Shown here in pieces: positions 1 through 9,728 of a DNA stretch of 64,000 nt. The notes below the pieces were generated by a model. It worked only from the letters and a program-made list of their open reading frames with translations, was not told where the DNA came from and ran no database searches. Positions within the stretch are counted from its first letter, which is position 1, and each line of letters starts with the position of its first letter. The position numbers and the translations under genes are program-made. This DNA comes from an uncultured Lentisphaerales bacterium (GTDB lineage Bacteria > Verrucomicrobiota > Lentisphaeria > JABSQK01 > UBA12247). The DNA lies in NCBI GenBank assembly GCA_943788985.1, contig CALSSJ010000005.1, forward strand, positions 144,066 through 208,065, written 5' to 3'.

Positions 1-1
1 G

Positions 2-961
2 AGCGCCGACTACGTCTCCACCTTTTTGGGCAATGCAGGCGCGGTGGGGGCGGCGACTACTTTTGACCTGCGCAGTGGCTCACGTGCGACTGGCACCATC
101 ACGCTGGCCGGCGGCAACCGCATCGAGGGCCACGCGCGCATTGCGGGGACCGCGACTTTTCTGCCAGATGTAGCGGTGGTCATTTACGATAGCTCAGATA
201 CGCCAGTGAAGAGCGCGGTGACAGACGCGGTTGGCAACTACTCGATCGGGGGGTTACCCAACGGTACGTATCGTGCGCTCGGCCAGAACTCACCCGCATA
301 CTCAGATTCCTACTACTTTAATCAGGCGGACCTGGCCAGCGCAAACGGTGTGGCTGTTTCGGGTAGCTCGACAGTGAATAGCGTGAATCTGAATCTTGGA
401 GCCAAGCTGGCGATCACCGGCGAGGTGACACTGCCTGACCAGGGAAACCTGTTTCAGATTACCGTGGTGTTGTACGATGCGTCGACGTTTGAAGAGCGGT
501 CCTTTACATTCTGTGATTCGCTCGGGCAGTACACGCTGTATGCGAGCCCCGGCACGTATATTGTCTCTGCCGGAGAGGGATCTTCCTATGTCGTGACCTA
601 CAGCGCCTCGCTCACGGTCACGAGTCAGCCGGTTACGGGTCAGGATTTCATCCTGTCGCAGGGCGGCACCATCTCTGGACGGATCACAGACTCATCGGCC
701 GTCCCGTTGAGCGGTATCTACGTGGACATCTACGAAACGGACGGGACAACCTATGTGACTTCGGCGCTGACCGGCGCGAACGGTACCTATACTACGCCGG
801 AGCTTGGCGCAGGCGACTATTTTGTGCTTGCCTACGGAGATCCAAGCTATACGAATTTGTGGTATCCGGGGACGTCGAACCCCACGTCAGCCACCACAGT
901 TGGCGTCGTCGCCGGGCAGGATACGCCCAACATCAACATCGCTATTTCGCTCGCCCGGTAG
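2..961 (+). CDS. Carboxypeptidase-regulatory-like (Cna-B/SdrD-type beta-sandwich) repeat surface protein, 5' partial
   Basis: Frame is open from the window edge. Three repeats of the pattern G-x-I-x-G-x-(V/I)...T-x-x-x-G-x-Y-x(4)-L-x-x-G-x-Y, e.g. GGTISGRIT...TGANGTYTTPELGAGDY. Confidence 0.7.
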   Translation, partial: SADYVSTFLGNAGAVGAATTFDLRSGSRATGTITLAGGNRIEGHARIAGTATFLPDVAVVIYDSSDTPVKSAVTDAVGNYSIGGLPNGTYRALGQNSPAYSDSYYFNQADLASANGVAVSGSSTVNSVNLNLGAKLAITGEVTLPDQGNLFQITVVLYDASTFEERSFTFCDSLGQYTLYASPGTYIVSAGEGSSYVVTYSASLTVTSQPVTGQDFILSQGGTISGRITDSSAVPLSGIYVDIYETDGTTYVTSALTGANGTYTTPELGAGDYFVLAYGDPSYTNLWYPGTSNPTSATTVGVVAGQDTPNINIAISLAR

Positions 962-974
962 GGAGCCGCAGCTT

Positions 975-1967
975 ATGTATCGCCTTTCTTCTCTTTCTCA
1001 GTTGCCGGATGTCGGGCTATCGCGCTGTGCGATCACCTGCGGGGTCTTCGATGGCGTCCATGTGGGACATCAGTCTATTCTGAAGCAGCTGCACGAATGC
1101 GCCACGGAAACCGATGCGTTCCCGGTGGCAGTGACGTTCGACCCACACCCACGCGCGGTGCTGCGACCGGAGGCAGCACCGCGACTGTTGTTCTCGATCG
1201 ACCATCGGCTAGATTTTCTAGAGGACGAGGGGGTGAAGGCGGCGGTGACCCTGCGTTTTGACCGCGAGCTCTGCGCGCTTTCTGCTGCGGAGTTCGCAAA
1301 TCAAGTGTTGGGCCCGGCCGGGCTGGAGATCGCTGCGATTTGCGTGGGGGACAGCTGGCGGTTTGGCGCCAAGGCATCGGGGACTGTCGCAGACCTCCGG
1401 CGCTTCTTTCCGGCCGCCAAGGTGGTGGGCGTCTCAGAAACTGAGCTGACGGACGCCGTGGTCAGCAGCACCAGAATTCGCGCAGCGGTGCAGGCCGGTG
1501 ACCTGCCGCAGGCAGAACAGCTGCTGGGGCGGACTTTTTCCGTGCGTGGCACGGTCGTGCGGGGGAAGGGGCTCGGGCGGACGCTGTTGGGCTGTGCCAC
1601 GGCAAATTTGCACCTGACCGATTACGTAAGCCCGCCAAAGGGGATCTACGCTTGCGAGGCGTCGCTGTTCCCGGAAGATGGGAGGCGAGAACATGCGGAG
1701 AGGCACGCCGCAGCGGTGTACATCGGGCATGCGCCAACAGTATCAGCAGGGCAGCCTTTGACGCTCGAGGCACATCTGTTTGATTTCTCCGAGGACATTT
1801 ACGACCGTACGATCGAAGTAAAGTTCTTGAAACGACTACGGAATGACGAACGTTTTGACAGCCTCGAGACGTTGCGCGCACAAATTCAGCGCGATCTGCT
1901 TGAGGCGCGCCAGGTCCTGCATAGAGCAGGTGTATGTAGCCGACCACTGACCGCGGAGTTGCCATGA
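975..1967 (+). CDS. ribF: Bifunctional riboflavin kinase / FAD synthetase
   Basis: Motifs GVFDGVHVGH, TFDPHP, VSSTRIR, ATAN (PTAN-like), EAHLFDF and LRNDERF. ATG at 975 is preferred over the TTG at 804. Confidence 0.93.
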   Translation: MYRLSSLSQLPDVGLSRCAITCGVFDGVHVGHQSILKQLHECATETDAFPVAVTFDPHPRAVLRPEAAPRLLFSIDHRLDFLEDEGVKAAVTLRFDRELCALSAAEFANQVLGPAGLEIAAICVGDSWRFGAKASGTVADLRRFFPAAKVVGVSETELTDAVVSSTRIRAAVQAGDLPQAEQLLGRTFSVRGTVVRGKGLGRTLLGCATANLHLTDYVSPPKGIYACEASLFPEDGRREHAERHAAAVYIGHAPTVSAGQPLTLEAHLFDFSEDIYDRTIEVKFLKRLRNDERFDSLETLRAQIQRDLLEARQVLHRAGVCSRPLTAELP

Positions 1968-2875
1968 AGATCCAATGTCCACATTGTGAAGTTGTGATCG
2001 AGACGCCCTTGAGAACCTTTGGGCAGAAGATCCGCTGCGCAAACTGCCAGGGAGTGACCCTTGTTCCGCTGCTGCGGGTAGCGCCCACGGTGGTGATTCA
2101 CAAGTACGTGATCAAGTCGAAACTACGCGAGTCTCCATTTGGGGCGCGCTTTCTGGCAAGACATCTTGAACATGGCTATGACCTGGAACTCACGATCTTT
2201 CCAGATGACATCGCCAAGCTACCAGGCTTCTCGAACTCTTTCGGCGCGATCTCCAAGCGAGTGGCGGCTCTTGAGCATCAGAACCTGATGCGCTCCGCGG
2301 GACTCGGGAGCGACGATGAGATTTTCTATTGCCTTTGCGAGCATGTGGACGGTGAAAATCTGCGGGCGCACTTGGATTCCTGCGGGCCACTGGCACATGT
2401 GGCGGCGGTGAATCTCTGCCGGAGCGTCGCTGTCGTGCTGCAGTACGTGCAGGAAGAGATTGGAGAGTGCCACGGTAATGTGAAGCCAGCAAACATCATG
2501 GTGGATACGGATGGTGTCGCGAAGCTGAGCGGATTGGCCACCTCAATCTACTCCAGGAGGCATGGGGGAGATGACGTCGTCGGTACGCCATACTACGTGA
2601 GTCCTGAGACACTGCTGGGGCAGCCGCTGGATTTACGGAGTGATATTTTTAGCCTTGGCTGCACGCTTTATCACTGCATTACGGGCGTGCCACCCTACCG
2701 CGGTGGAAGTCCGAGGGATGTTGCGCATCGGCGGCTTACCGAAACTCCTACTCCGATTTCCGAGTTGGCACCTGGCGTGCCAGAAGAGACGCTGTGGGTG
2801 ATTGAGCGAATGATGGCCCGCAGCCTTGCGGACCGCTATTCGGACTACAGGTCCCTGCTGGCTGATCTGGTCTAG
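1964..2875 (+). CDS. Zinc-ribbon + Hanks-type Ser/Thr kinase fold, probable pseudokinase
   Basis: N-terminal CPHC...CANC. The C-lobe motifs KPANI, GTPYYVSPE and RSDIFSLG are retained, but the Gly loop, VAIK Lys, HRD Asp and DFG Asp are absent. Overlaps the ribF stop (ATGA). Confidence 0.85.
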   Translation: MKIQCPHCEVVIETPLRTFGQKIRCANCQGVTLVPLLRVAPTVVIHKYVIKSKLRESPFGARFLARHLEHGYDLELTIFPDDIAKLPGFSNSFGAISKRVAALEHQNLMRSAGLGSDDEIFYCLCEHVDGENLRAHLDSCGPLAHVAAVNLCRSVAVVLQYVQEEIGECHGNVKPANIMVDTDGVAKLSGLATSIYSRRHGGDDVVGTPYYVSPETLLGQPLDLRSDIFSLGCTLYHCITGVPPYRGGSPRDVAHRRLTETPTPISELAPGVPEETLWVIERMMARSLADRYSDYRSLLADLV

Positions 2876-3030
2876 TCAGGGTCCCCGTGCTCTTCGTCTT
2901 GTTTTTGGACGAGACCCCTGCGGAGTTGTCACAAAGTCAATGCGTCATCCTGCTTGCAAGTCGCGAGTCCTAAGACAGGCAAAGACACCGAACAGTCTCC
3001 GCTTCAGTTGGTGCTACCACAGCGTGACGT

Positions 3031-3324
3031 TCAGATGCCTGCTCTCGCCTTTGCTGCTGAGAAGGCGACGTAGAATGCGAGGGCAATGGGCAGACCGAGC
3101 ATCACACCAGCGGCCACGATGAACGGCAGGCCAATGGTGGCTGAACTGCTGCCATAGGAGATCACCGTATTTTTCCCGGAGTCGGAACTCAGCCCAATGC
3201 GGTTGCCCGCGATGGTGATGGTCCAGTCATACTTTCCAGCGCTCCTGGGGAACTCGCTGCTGGCGAATGCAGAAAGGCAACCAAGAACGACCCAGACAAG
3301 CGCCCAGCTCCGAAGCCGGGGCAC
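3031..3324 (-). CDS. Small membrane protein (N-terminal signal/TM and C-terminal TM), unknown function
   Basis: The GTG start overlaps the ftsH stop; two hydrophobic segments. Confidence 0.5.
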   Translation of the reverse strand: MPRLRSWALVWVVLGCLSAFASSEFPRSAGKYDWTITIAGNRIGLSSDSGKNTVISYGSSSATIGLPFIVAAGVMLGLPIALAFYVAFSAAKARAGI

Positions 3325-5330
3325 TATGCTTCGTCTGCTGGCGGCTTGGCTGCGGTCTCTGCAGACTCTGTGGCCGCGATTGCTTCTGGCTCTGGCTCTG
3401 GCTCTGCCTCTACGCTGTCTTCTGATTCGCTGGAACTCATGCGCCTGTCTATCTGCCCCTTGCTCTGCAAACCAAGCAGCTCACGGATCGCTATTACGTC
3501 CATGGTCTCGTTTTGGAGGAGGGCTTTGCCGAGTGCTTCAAGTTGGTCGCGATGATCGGACAGGAGTTTTCTGGCGCGCAAGGCGACGCTGTCGACGATG
3601 GCTTTGATCTCAATATCGATCTCTCGTGCGGTAGCCTCGCTAAGCTCACTTTTGCGTCCCATGTCCCGACCGACAAAAACTGGCTGCTCGCCGGAATCAT
3701 AGGCAAGCATGCCCATCTTATCGCTCATGCCAAACTGGCAGACCATGCGCCGGGCGAGCTGGGTGGCTTGCCGAATATCCATGGCAGCCCCGCTCGTGAT
3801 CTCGTTGAAAATGAGCTGTTCGGCAAAGCGTCCGCCCATCAGCACGGTCAGCTCATCAATCATTTCCGAGCGGGTCTGGGTGTACTTGTCGCGCTCCGGG
3901 AAATGGATGGTGGCACCGAGAAAGGAGTTGCCTCTGGGGATGATGGTAACTTTGTGCAGTGGCGTGGCATGCTCGCAATAGAGGCAAAGCAGCGCATGTC
4001 CGGCTTCATGGTAGGCTGTGACTTCCCGATCTCGCTCATCTACCTCACGGCTGCGGCGCTCCTTGCCCCAACAGACTTTGTCACGGGCTTCCTCAAAATC
4101 ACTCATCGCCACAGCCTCTTTGTTCTGGCGGGCAGCCAGCAGCGCTGCTTCGTTGATAATGTTTGCCAGGTCGGCACCGCTGAATCCCGGGGTGCCGCGT
4201 GCCACGACAGGGAGATCCACGGTATCACTCATTTTTATCTTCTTGGAGTGTACCTTGAGAATGCCCAGGCGTCCTTTTACATCCGGAAGGTCGACATTGA
4301 TCTGACGATCGAAGCGGCCGGGGCGCAACAGAGCGGGATCAAGTACATCTGGTCGGTTGGTGGCAGCAACAACAATGACCCCGGTGTTGTTCTCGAAACC
4401 GTCCATTTCCACGAGCAGGGCGTTGAGCGTCTGTTCGCGCTCGTCGTGGCCACCGCCCATGCCGCTGAACCGAGAACGGCCGACAGCGTCAATCTCGTCG
4501 ATAAAGATGATGCATGGCGCATTCTTTTTTGCTTGTTCGAACATGTCACGGACGCGGCTGGCGCCGACACCGACGAACATTTCGACGAAATCCGAGCCGC
4601 TGATGCTGAAGAAGGGGACCTCAGCTTCGCCAGCGATGGCGCGGGCTAGCAGGGTTTTGCCGGTCCCCGGGGGGCCCACCATCAGCACGCCGCGGGGCAA
4701 GCGGCCGCCTAGCTTGTGGAATTTTGCCGGATCTTGCAGGTACTCGGCGATCTCTGAGACGTCTTCGAGGGCTTCTTCGATGCCGGCGACGTCGCTAAAA
4801 GTGACGCGCTCTGCGGTCTGATTTAGCTTGGCCCGGCTCTTACCGAACTGCATGGCACCTTTTCCTGCGCGATTTAGCTGCTTACTAAAGAACCACCAGG
4901 CGATGATGATGAGCAAGACAAAGGGCAGGCTCGAAAGGAAGATCTTGACGAGCGTATTGCCTTGGGTCACGGGCGTCCATTGGACGCCTGATTCCGTAAG
5001 CAGAGCATCGAAGCGTTCACTCCAAATTAGCTCTGCTTGGAATTTGATGCCTTCAGCTGCGCCCTTCTCGAGGTACTCGCCCTCGGCAATTAGTTTTCCC
5101 TCAGTGGGGTCTTTGAGGAGAGTGACTTCCTTGATCTCATCCTTTACCAAGCGCCGCTCGAATTCGGACTGGCCTATACTTTCTGCTTTTCCTTGACGAT
5201 TGGTTAGGAAAATTACAAAGGCAAACAAAGCGATAAAGCCGATGATATAGATGAAGAAGCCAGGAACGGCAGAGCCGGGGCGGTTCTCGCTGCGGCGACG
5301 TGATTCGCCGCGTTTGTTATTGTCGTCCAT
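3324..5330 (-). CDS. ftsH: ATP-dependent zinc metalloprotease FtsH
   Basis: Two TMs, Walker A GPPGTGKT, Walker [31 protein letters not shown], zinc motif HEAGH. Confidence 0.98.
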   Translation of the reverse strand: MDDNNKRGESRRRSENRPGSAVPGFFIYIIGFIALFAFVIFLTNRQGKAESIGQSEFERRLVKDEIKEVTLLKDPTEGKLIAEGEYLEKGAAEGIKFQAELIWSERFDALLTESGVQWTPVTQGNTLVKIFLSSLPFVLLIIIAWWFFSKQLNRAGKGAMQFGKSRAKLNQTAERVTFSDVAGIEEALEDVSEIAEYLQDPAKFHKLGGRLPRGVLMVGPPGTGKTLLARAIAGEAEVPFFSISGSDFVEMFVGVGASRVRDMFEQAKKNAPCIIFIDEIDAVGRSRFSGMGGGHDEREQTLNALLVEMDGFENNTGVIVVAATNRPDVLDPALLRPGRFDRQINVDLPDVKGRLGILKVHSKKIKMSDTVDLPVVARGTPGFSGADLANIINEAALLAARQNKEAVAMSDFEEARDKVCWGKERRSREVDERDREVTAYHEAGHALLCLYCEHATPLHKVTIIPRGNSFLGATIHFPERDKYTQTRSEMIDELTVLMGGRFAEQLIFNEITSGAAMDIRQATQLARRMVCQFGMSDKMGMLAYDSGEQPVFVGRDMGRKSELSEATAREIDIEIKAIVDSVALRARKLLSDHRDQLEALGKALLQNETMDVIAIRELLGLQSKGQIDRRMSSSESEDSVEAEPEPEPEAIAATESAETAAKPPADEA

Positions 5331-5347
5331 GCGTGGGATCCGGTGAG

Positions 5348-5854
5348 CTATTCGGGACGTAAGAGAAGGAATACCATCACAATCACAACTACGGTGAGTA
5401 GGAGGGCAATGATGAGAAACACTTTGTTGGCGAGGGGACTTGCCTTCTTGTGAGTCTTGTGATTGGCGTTGAGGTTGGACAATTCGGTGATGCCCATCGC
5501 CGGGTTTGTTTCAAGTGAAATATTAGTTCTGGTTTCAACGACACGAGCTTCCGTGGAGTTCGGGTTGTCGAGCATGAGTTCGACTTCACCCACCTGGAGA
5601 ACATCACTGTGCTTGAGTTCGTGCTCGCCGGTAAAGCGTGCTCCATTGACTCTAGTACCGTTTGAGCTCCCGAGATCGACGACTTTGTACTCGCCGTCGT
5701 TGTAGTGAATTTCGGCATGGCTTGAGGAGATGGTAGAGTCGGGGATGCAAATGTCCGCGGCTTCGACCCTTCCAATCGTGTACATGCGTTCTCTCAATTC
5801 AAAGGACTGCCCGCGCAGTTCTTTGGAAAGTACAACGAATTTGGCTTGTGGCAT
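5348..5854 (-). CDS. FHA domain protein with C-terminal transmembrane anchor
   Basis: FHA motifs IGR, ISSSHA and DLGSSNGTRVNG; C-terminal hydrophobic stretch VFLIIALLLTVVVIVMVFLLL. Confidence 0.9.
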   Translation of the reverse strand: MPQAKFVVLSKELRGQSFELRERMYTIGRVEAADICIPDSTISSSHAEIHYNDGEYKVVDLGSSNGTRVNGARFTGEHELKHSDVLQVGEVELMLDNPNSTEARVVETRTNISLETNPAMGITELSNLNANHKTHKKASPLANKVFLIIALLLTVVVIVMVFLLLRPE

Positions 5855-6047
5855 AAGATCCTGCGTGGTTATCTAAATGCATCGCGTGCATGGTTGCGCG
5901 CATACACGCATCGAATTGACAAACGGCTACTATACGATCAGACACCTTATCGTCAAGATTGGTTCCGCTCTACCGTGCCACGTGTGCGTAGATGGAGTAG
6001 GGTACTAGGCAGGAGAAGCGAGGATTAGAGGCGAGTATCGGAGGCAG

Positions 6048-8150
6048 ATGGAGACTGATGTAGATCGGCTGAGGCGCGCGTGCACGTGGCGCCTGCTGCT
6101 TTTGGCAGGTGTATTTTCGCTGGTGCCTTTGATGCTCGCCGGGCGGCTATGGTCGATCCAGGTGACGCAAACTGCTACCTACAAGGCGCAGATTTCGAAG
6201 CAGACCTTCCGGCGGATTCGGCTGGCGCCGGTGCGTGGCAGAATCTTCGCCGCTGATGGCGCACTGCTCGCTGATAACGAGCCTAGCCATGATGCGTACC
6301 TGCACGTGCACGAGATGCGGCAGCGCCCAGTCAGTTCCTACCGAGCCACGAGGGATCATCTGCGTGAGGTGCGGTCACAGCTTGAGCGGACAGTGGGCCG
6401 AGCGGTGGCGGTGACCGACACGCAACTACTGGCCGCGATCGGGACGCGCTCTAGCGGCGAACTGACGTTTTATCGTACGCTTTCTCCGGAAAATGTGGCG
6501 CGATTGCGGCAATCTGGGCTGCCGGACGGGTTTCGCATTGCGCGCCAGCTGGGAGCTGTCACACTGGTGTGTTCACTGACTGAATGTCGCGTGCCGGGCA
6601 AAGGCGCGAGGCAGGCGACAGCAGACTACATATACGCGACGGTGCAGGATATAGGCAGTCTGATTGAACGAGTCCCGACTGTGGGAATTCGTGAGATAAC
6701 GAGGCACATGCGGGTACGGCCCGCGCTGCGGTTGCCGATTTTTCGCAATTTGGTGGACCATGAGCTGGCTGTGCTCCAAGAGCAGATGCCGGGGATCGCT
6801 GGGCTGGACTTGAATACTGGGCTGGGGCGCGTGTATCCAGAGCGAGATCTTGCGAGTCATCTGCTGGGATGGGTCGGGCGACGAGACCCCGCCACCGAGA
6901 GCGAGCGAAATGAATTTAATTACTGGCTGCCGGAGTTGCATGGCCGAGCGGGCCTGGAAGCGGCGTTCGATGATCAGCTTGGCGGTCAGGGCGGGATGGA
7001 GTTTGTGAAGGTAGATAGTACGGGCTTCTTCTACGAATCTGTGGGCAAGGATCCAGCCCAGCGGGGCGCAGATTTGCATCTGACGATCGACAGCCGCGCG
7101 CAGCGCATTGCGCAGTCGCAGTTGTCTGGGCTTCGTGGCGCTTTGGTGGCGATGGATGTCGATTCGGGAGCGGTGCTCGCATGTGTCTCCGCGCCTGGTT
7201 TTGACCTGATGGGGCTGCAGAGGGAATCAGGGTATGGCGAGATATTGGCCGCACCAGGCACGCCGCTACGCAACCGGGCCGTTCATGCGGATTACGCTCC
7301 AGGCTCGATCGTGAAGCCGCTGGTGGCGCTCTGCGCTCTCGATCATGGAGTCATCGACCCCGCGACGGAGTTTCCTTGTCCAGGGTACTATGCGTTTGGG
7401 GATGGCAGCAGGATCAGCTGTGCGGTGAAGAGCGGGCATGGATCATTGACGGTGAGTCAGGCACTCGAACGCTCGTGTAACCCGTTCTTTATCGAAACCG
7501 GTCTGAAATTAGGGGTAGACCGGCTCGAGGCAACGATGCGGGAAGCGAATATCGGAGAGCTCCCTGGCCTTGAGGTCTCGCGCCGCTGGTCGCGGGGGCG
7601 CCGGCCGTCGCGCACGGCGTTGAAACGCCAGCTTGATCGCAACTGGCGCGCCTTTGATACGGCGCTGGTCTCGATGGGGCAGGGCTTTATTAATATCAGC
7701 CCTCTGCAGGCCACCGTGGTCACAGCGGCTATTGCTAACGGTGGCCACGTTCTCAAACCCCGGCTGGTCGAGGCGCTCAGGGATGACAAGGGACCGATTG
7801 AGATTTGGCCGCGACAGTTCACCGGCAAGATCGATGCGGCACCCGAACATTTTGCCCTGATTCGCGAGGCGATGAGGAGTGTGGTTGTGGGAGCGGCCGC
7901 GACAGCGCCCAGCGCGCGATCGGAGATTGTGCAGATCGCTGGGAAGACCGGTACGGCTGAGATCGGGCCTCGGGATGCGCGACGTAAGAATACGTGGTTT
8001 ACCTGCTTTGCGCCGTACGACCGGCCGCGCTACGCGGTGACGGTGCTGGTAGAGGATGGGCAGTCTGGCGGGGGAACGGCGGCACCGATTGCGCGCAAGT
8101 TTTTAGAGGAGTTTCTGCAGCTTCAGAGAGCTGAGCTCGCGGCAGATTGA
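6048..8150 (+). CDS. mrdA: Penicillin-binding protein 2 (class B transpeptidase)
   Basis: N-terminal TM, PVRGRIF dimerisation motif, GRAGLE, SxxK (SIVK), SCN, KTGTAE. Confidence 0.9.
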   Translation: METDVDRLRRACTWRLLLLAGVFSLVPLMLAGRLWSIQVTQTATYKAQISKQTFRRIRLAPVRGRIFAADGALLADNEPSHDAYLHVHEMRQRPVSSYRATRDHLREVRSQLERTVGRAVAVTDTQLLAAIGTRSSGELTFYRTLSPENVARLRQSGLPDGFRIARQLGAVTLVCSLTECRVPGKGARQATADYIYATVQDIGSLIERVPTVGIREITRHMRVRPALRLPIFRNLVDHELAVLQEQMPGIAGLDLNTGLGRVYPERDLASHLLGWVGRRDPATESERNEFNYWLPELHGRAGLEAAFDDQLGGQGGMEFVKVDSTGFFYESVGKDPAQRGADLHLTIDSRAQRIAQSQLSGLRGALVAMDVDSGAVLACVSAPGFDLMGLQRESGYGEILAAPGTPLRNRAVHADYAPGSIVKPLVALCALDHGVIDPATEFPCPGYYAFGDGSRISCAVKSGHGSLTVSQALERSCNPFFIETGLKLGVDRLEATMREANIGELPGLEVSRRWSRGRRPSRTALKRQLDRNWRAFDTALVSMGQGFINISPLQATVVTAAIANGGHVLKPRLVEALRDDKGPIEIWPRQFTGKIDAAPEHFALIREAMRSVVVGAAATAPSARSEIVQIAGKTGTAEIGPRDARRKNTWFTCFAPYDRPRYAVTVLVEDGQSGGGTAAPIARKFLEEFLQLQRAELAAD

Positions 8151-8164
8151 ACAGGCTCAGGGAT

Positions 8165-8410
8165 TTCCCTCGTCTTCGTCCTCGAAAGGGACAGTTGTCG
8201 CCGTGTCCACGACTCCTCGGCGGGCCAGATGGAAGATAGAGGTGGGCGATTCTAGGTTGCCACGCCGTCAACCTCCCGCGTCGAACTCTCTCCTCAACCC
8301 AATCTGATACGAGGTGCGTAGGAGGATGGGGGCGAGGTCGATCGGTACCGTTTCCATTTTCCGGGCCGTGCGGATGATCCTCGCTCAGGCGCAGTTCCCG
8401 GATCAAGATC
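8165..8410 (-). pseudogene. Decayed fragment of an unidentified gene, copy A (homologous to 22985-23212)
   Basis: Aligns by eye with the 23 kb copy, e.g. tcctcaacccRatcYgatacgaggtgYgtaggagga. Minus-strand translation across indels gives ILIRELRLSEDHPHGP...PPTHLVSDWVEE...AWQPRIAHLYLPSGPP...VVDTATTVPFEDE. Confidence 0.6.
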
Positions 8411-8511
8411 GCTGAGGCTTGGCCGCCAGAGCTCAGACGTCCCTGCGTAAACCCGACCGTTCCTTTGCCAGGAAATAGACACTGATTTGCGAGCAGTCCT
8501 TTTTCGGAGTC

Positions 8512-8621
8512 GTGAATGTCCAACATCCAACAAGGAATTTACAATGTCCAAGACATGGAATACCTACTCGACGCTCTTCATTTGACAAGTGGAAATTCCT
8601 TGTTGGCTGTTGGACAATTAC
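8512..8621. repeat. ~105 bp palindromic element, copy 1 (family also at 16513 and 44990)
   Basis: Left arm gaatgtccaacatccaacaaggaatttacaatgtccaa pairs with right arm tttgacaagtggaaattccttgttggctgttggacaattac. Confidence 0.85.
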
Positions 8622-8690
8622 TTGGGACAACGGTCTGAGTTCTGGGCCGCAGAAATGCACGGCAACTCAACGCCTGGAGGAAAGGCGGCC

Positions 8691-9665
8691 TCAGTCGGGA
8701 ACCTTGCGGCAATTCTCCCCGATTTCTTTGAGGTTCGCAGAGAAAAGTTGGCTTCCTGATTGGAGTCGGTCCGCAGCTTTGCGCCGAATCACCAGCAGTT
8801 CCGTCACCTCGTTGTAGCGCACTGTAGCTGTGCGCGGGACACCAAGAAGCAGCGAAATCTCGCCAAAATAATCCTAGGGGCCGAGTTCGCAGATCGTTTC
8901 TTCTTCCTCGTCACTGCCAGCCACGACGCGGACGGAGCCATTTTTGATCACGTATAAATCTCTGCTGTTATCGCCCTTTCGCACCACCTATTCGTCCTCT
9001 TCCAAGACCATGGTCTCGACGAAGGGGATGGTGACACGTAATCGCTCCGGATGCAAGTCTCGAAAGATCGGGGTCCTGGCGAGTAACCGAAAGCACTCCC
9101 GAACGAAGCCGATAATCATGAACAGAACCACAATCAGGACGATCTGGTCCATGTAGTACTCAGGGACATTCCCGCGAGCAGGGAAGATGTATTGATCCAG
9201 CGCTGTCGCCGCGAGGATCAAGCTGCAGAACGTGATCACTGCCAGCAACCCCAGTACCTAAAGGCGACGTAGGGGCAAGGGTAAAGCTGCCAGTGCGCGG
9301 GCGAATAGATCGGAACCTGGGATATCAAAGCTAGTACGCTTTTTCCGGGGGTGTGGGGCATCGGCATTTTCTGGATCAGACGCCAAAAAGCCGGCAGCCC
9401 ACAGCCGCTTGACCATTGTAATGAGGCACTGCAGGATCAACGTTCGGCGGTGAATTAGATACTGTTGGCAGATGCTTTCCACCGAGTTCTCACCGGTGCA
9501 GAGGCCCCAGAGATTGCGCTCCTGTTCCGACATGATGACCACGTCCGGAAGATCGTCATGCAGTAGCAGGTAGCTTGCCTGAGGCTCGTCGCGTCCTCGA
9601 CCCACGATGCGGACGCCATCGATTGGGCGAGGTCAGAAGGTCTACGGATTGAACAACTCTTGCAT
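8691..9665 (-). pseudogene. PqqD/RRE-like + TM + cyclic-nucleotide-binding domain gene interrupted by five in-frame stops
   Basis: A single frame from ATG 9665 to TGA 8691 (325 codons). cNMP motifs: LARTPIFRDL...E*VVRKGD..DLYVIKNGSV...LGP*DYFGEISLL..PRTATV. Stops: TAG 9642-9644, TGA 9633-9635, TAG 9258-9260, TAG 8988-8990, TAG 8874-8876. Confidence 0.8.
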
Positions 9666-9728
9666 CTAGGGTGCGTCGAAGCCAGCGGGCAACGGAAGTG
9701 GTTGAGGGTGCAAGAGCCCGGTCACAAT

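Noticed and set aside
3513..4649. 378-aa plus-strand ORF
   Set aside because: Antisense shadow of ftsH with no recognisable motifs.
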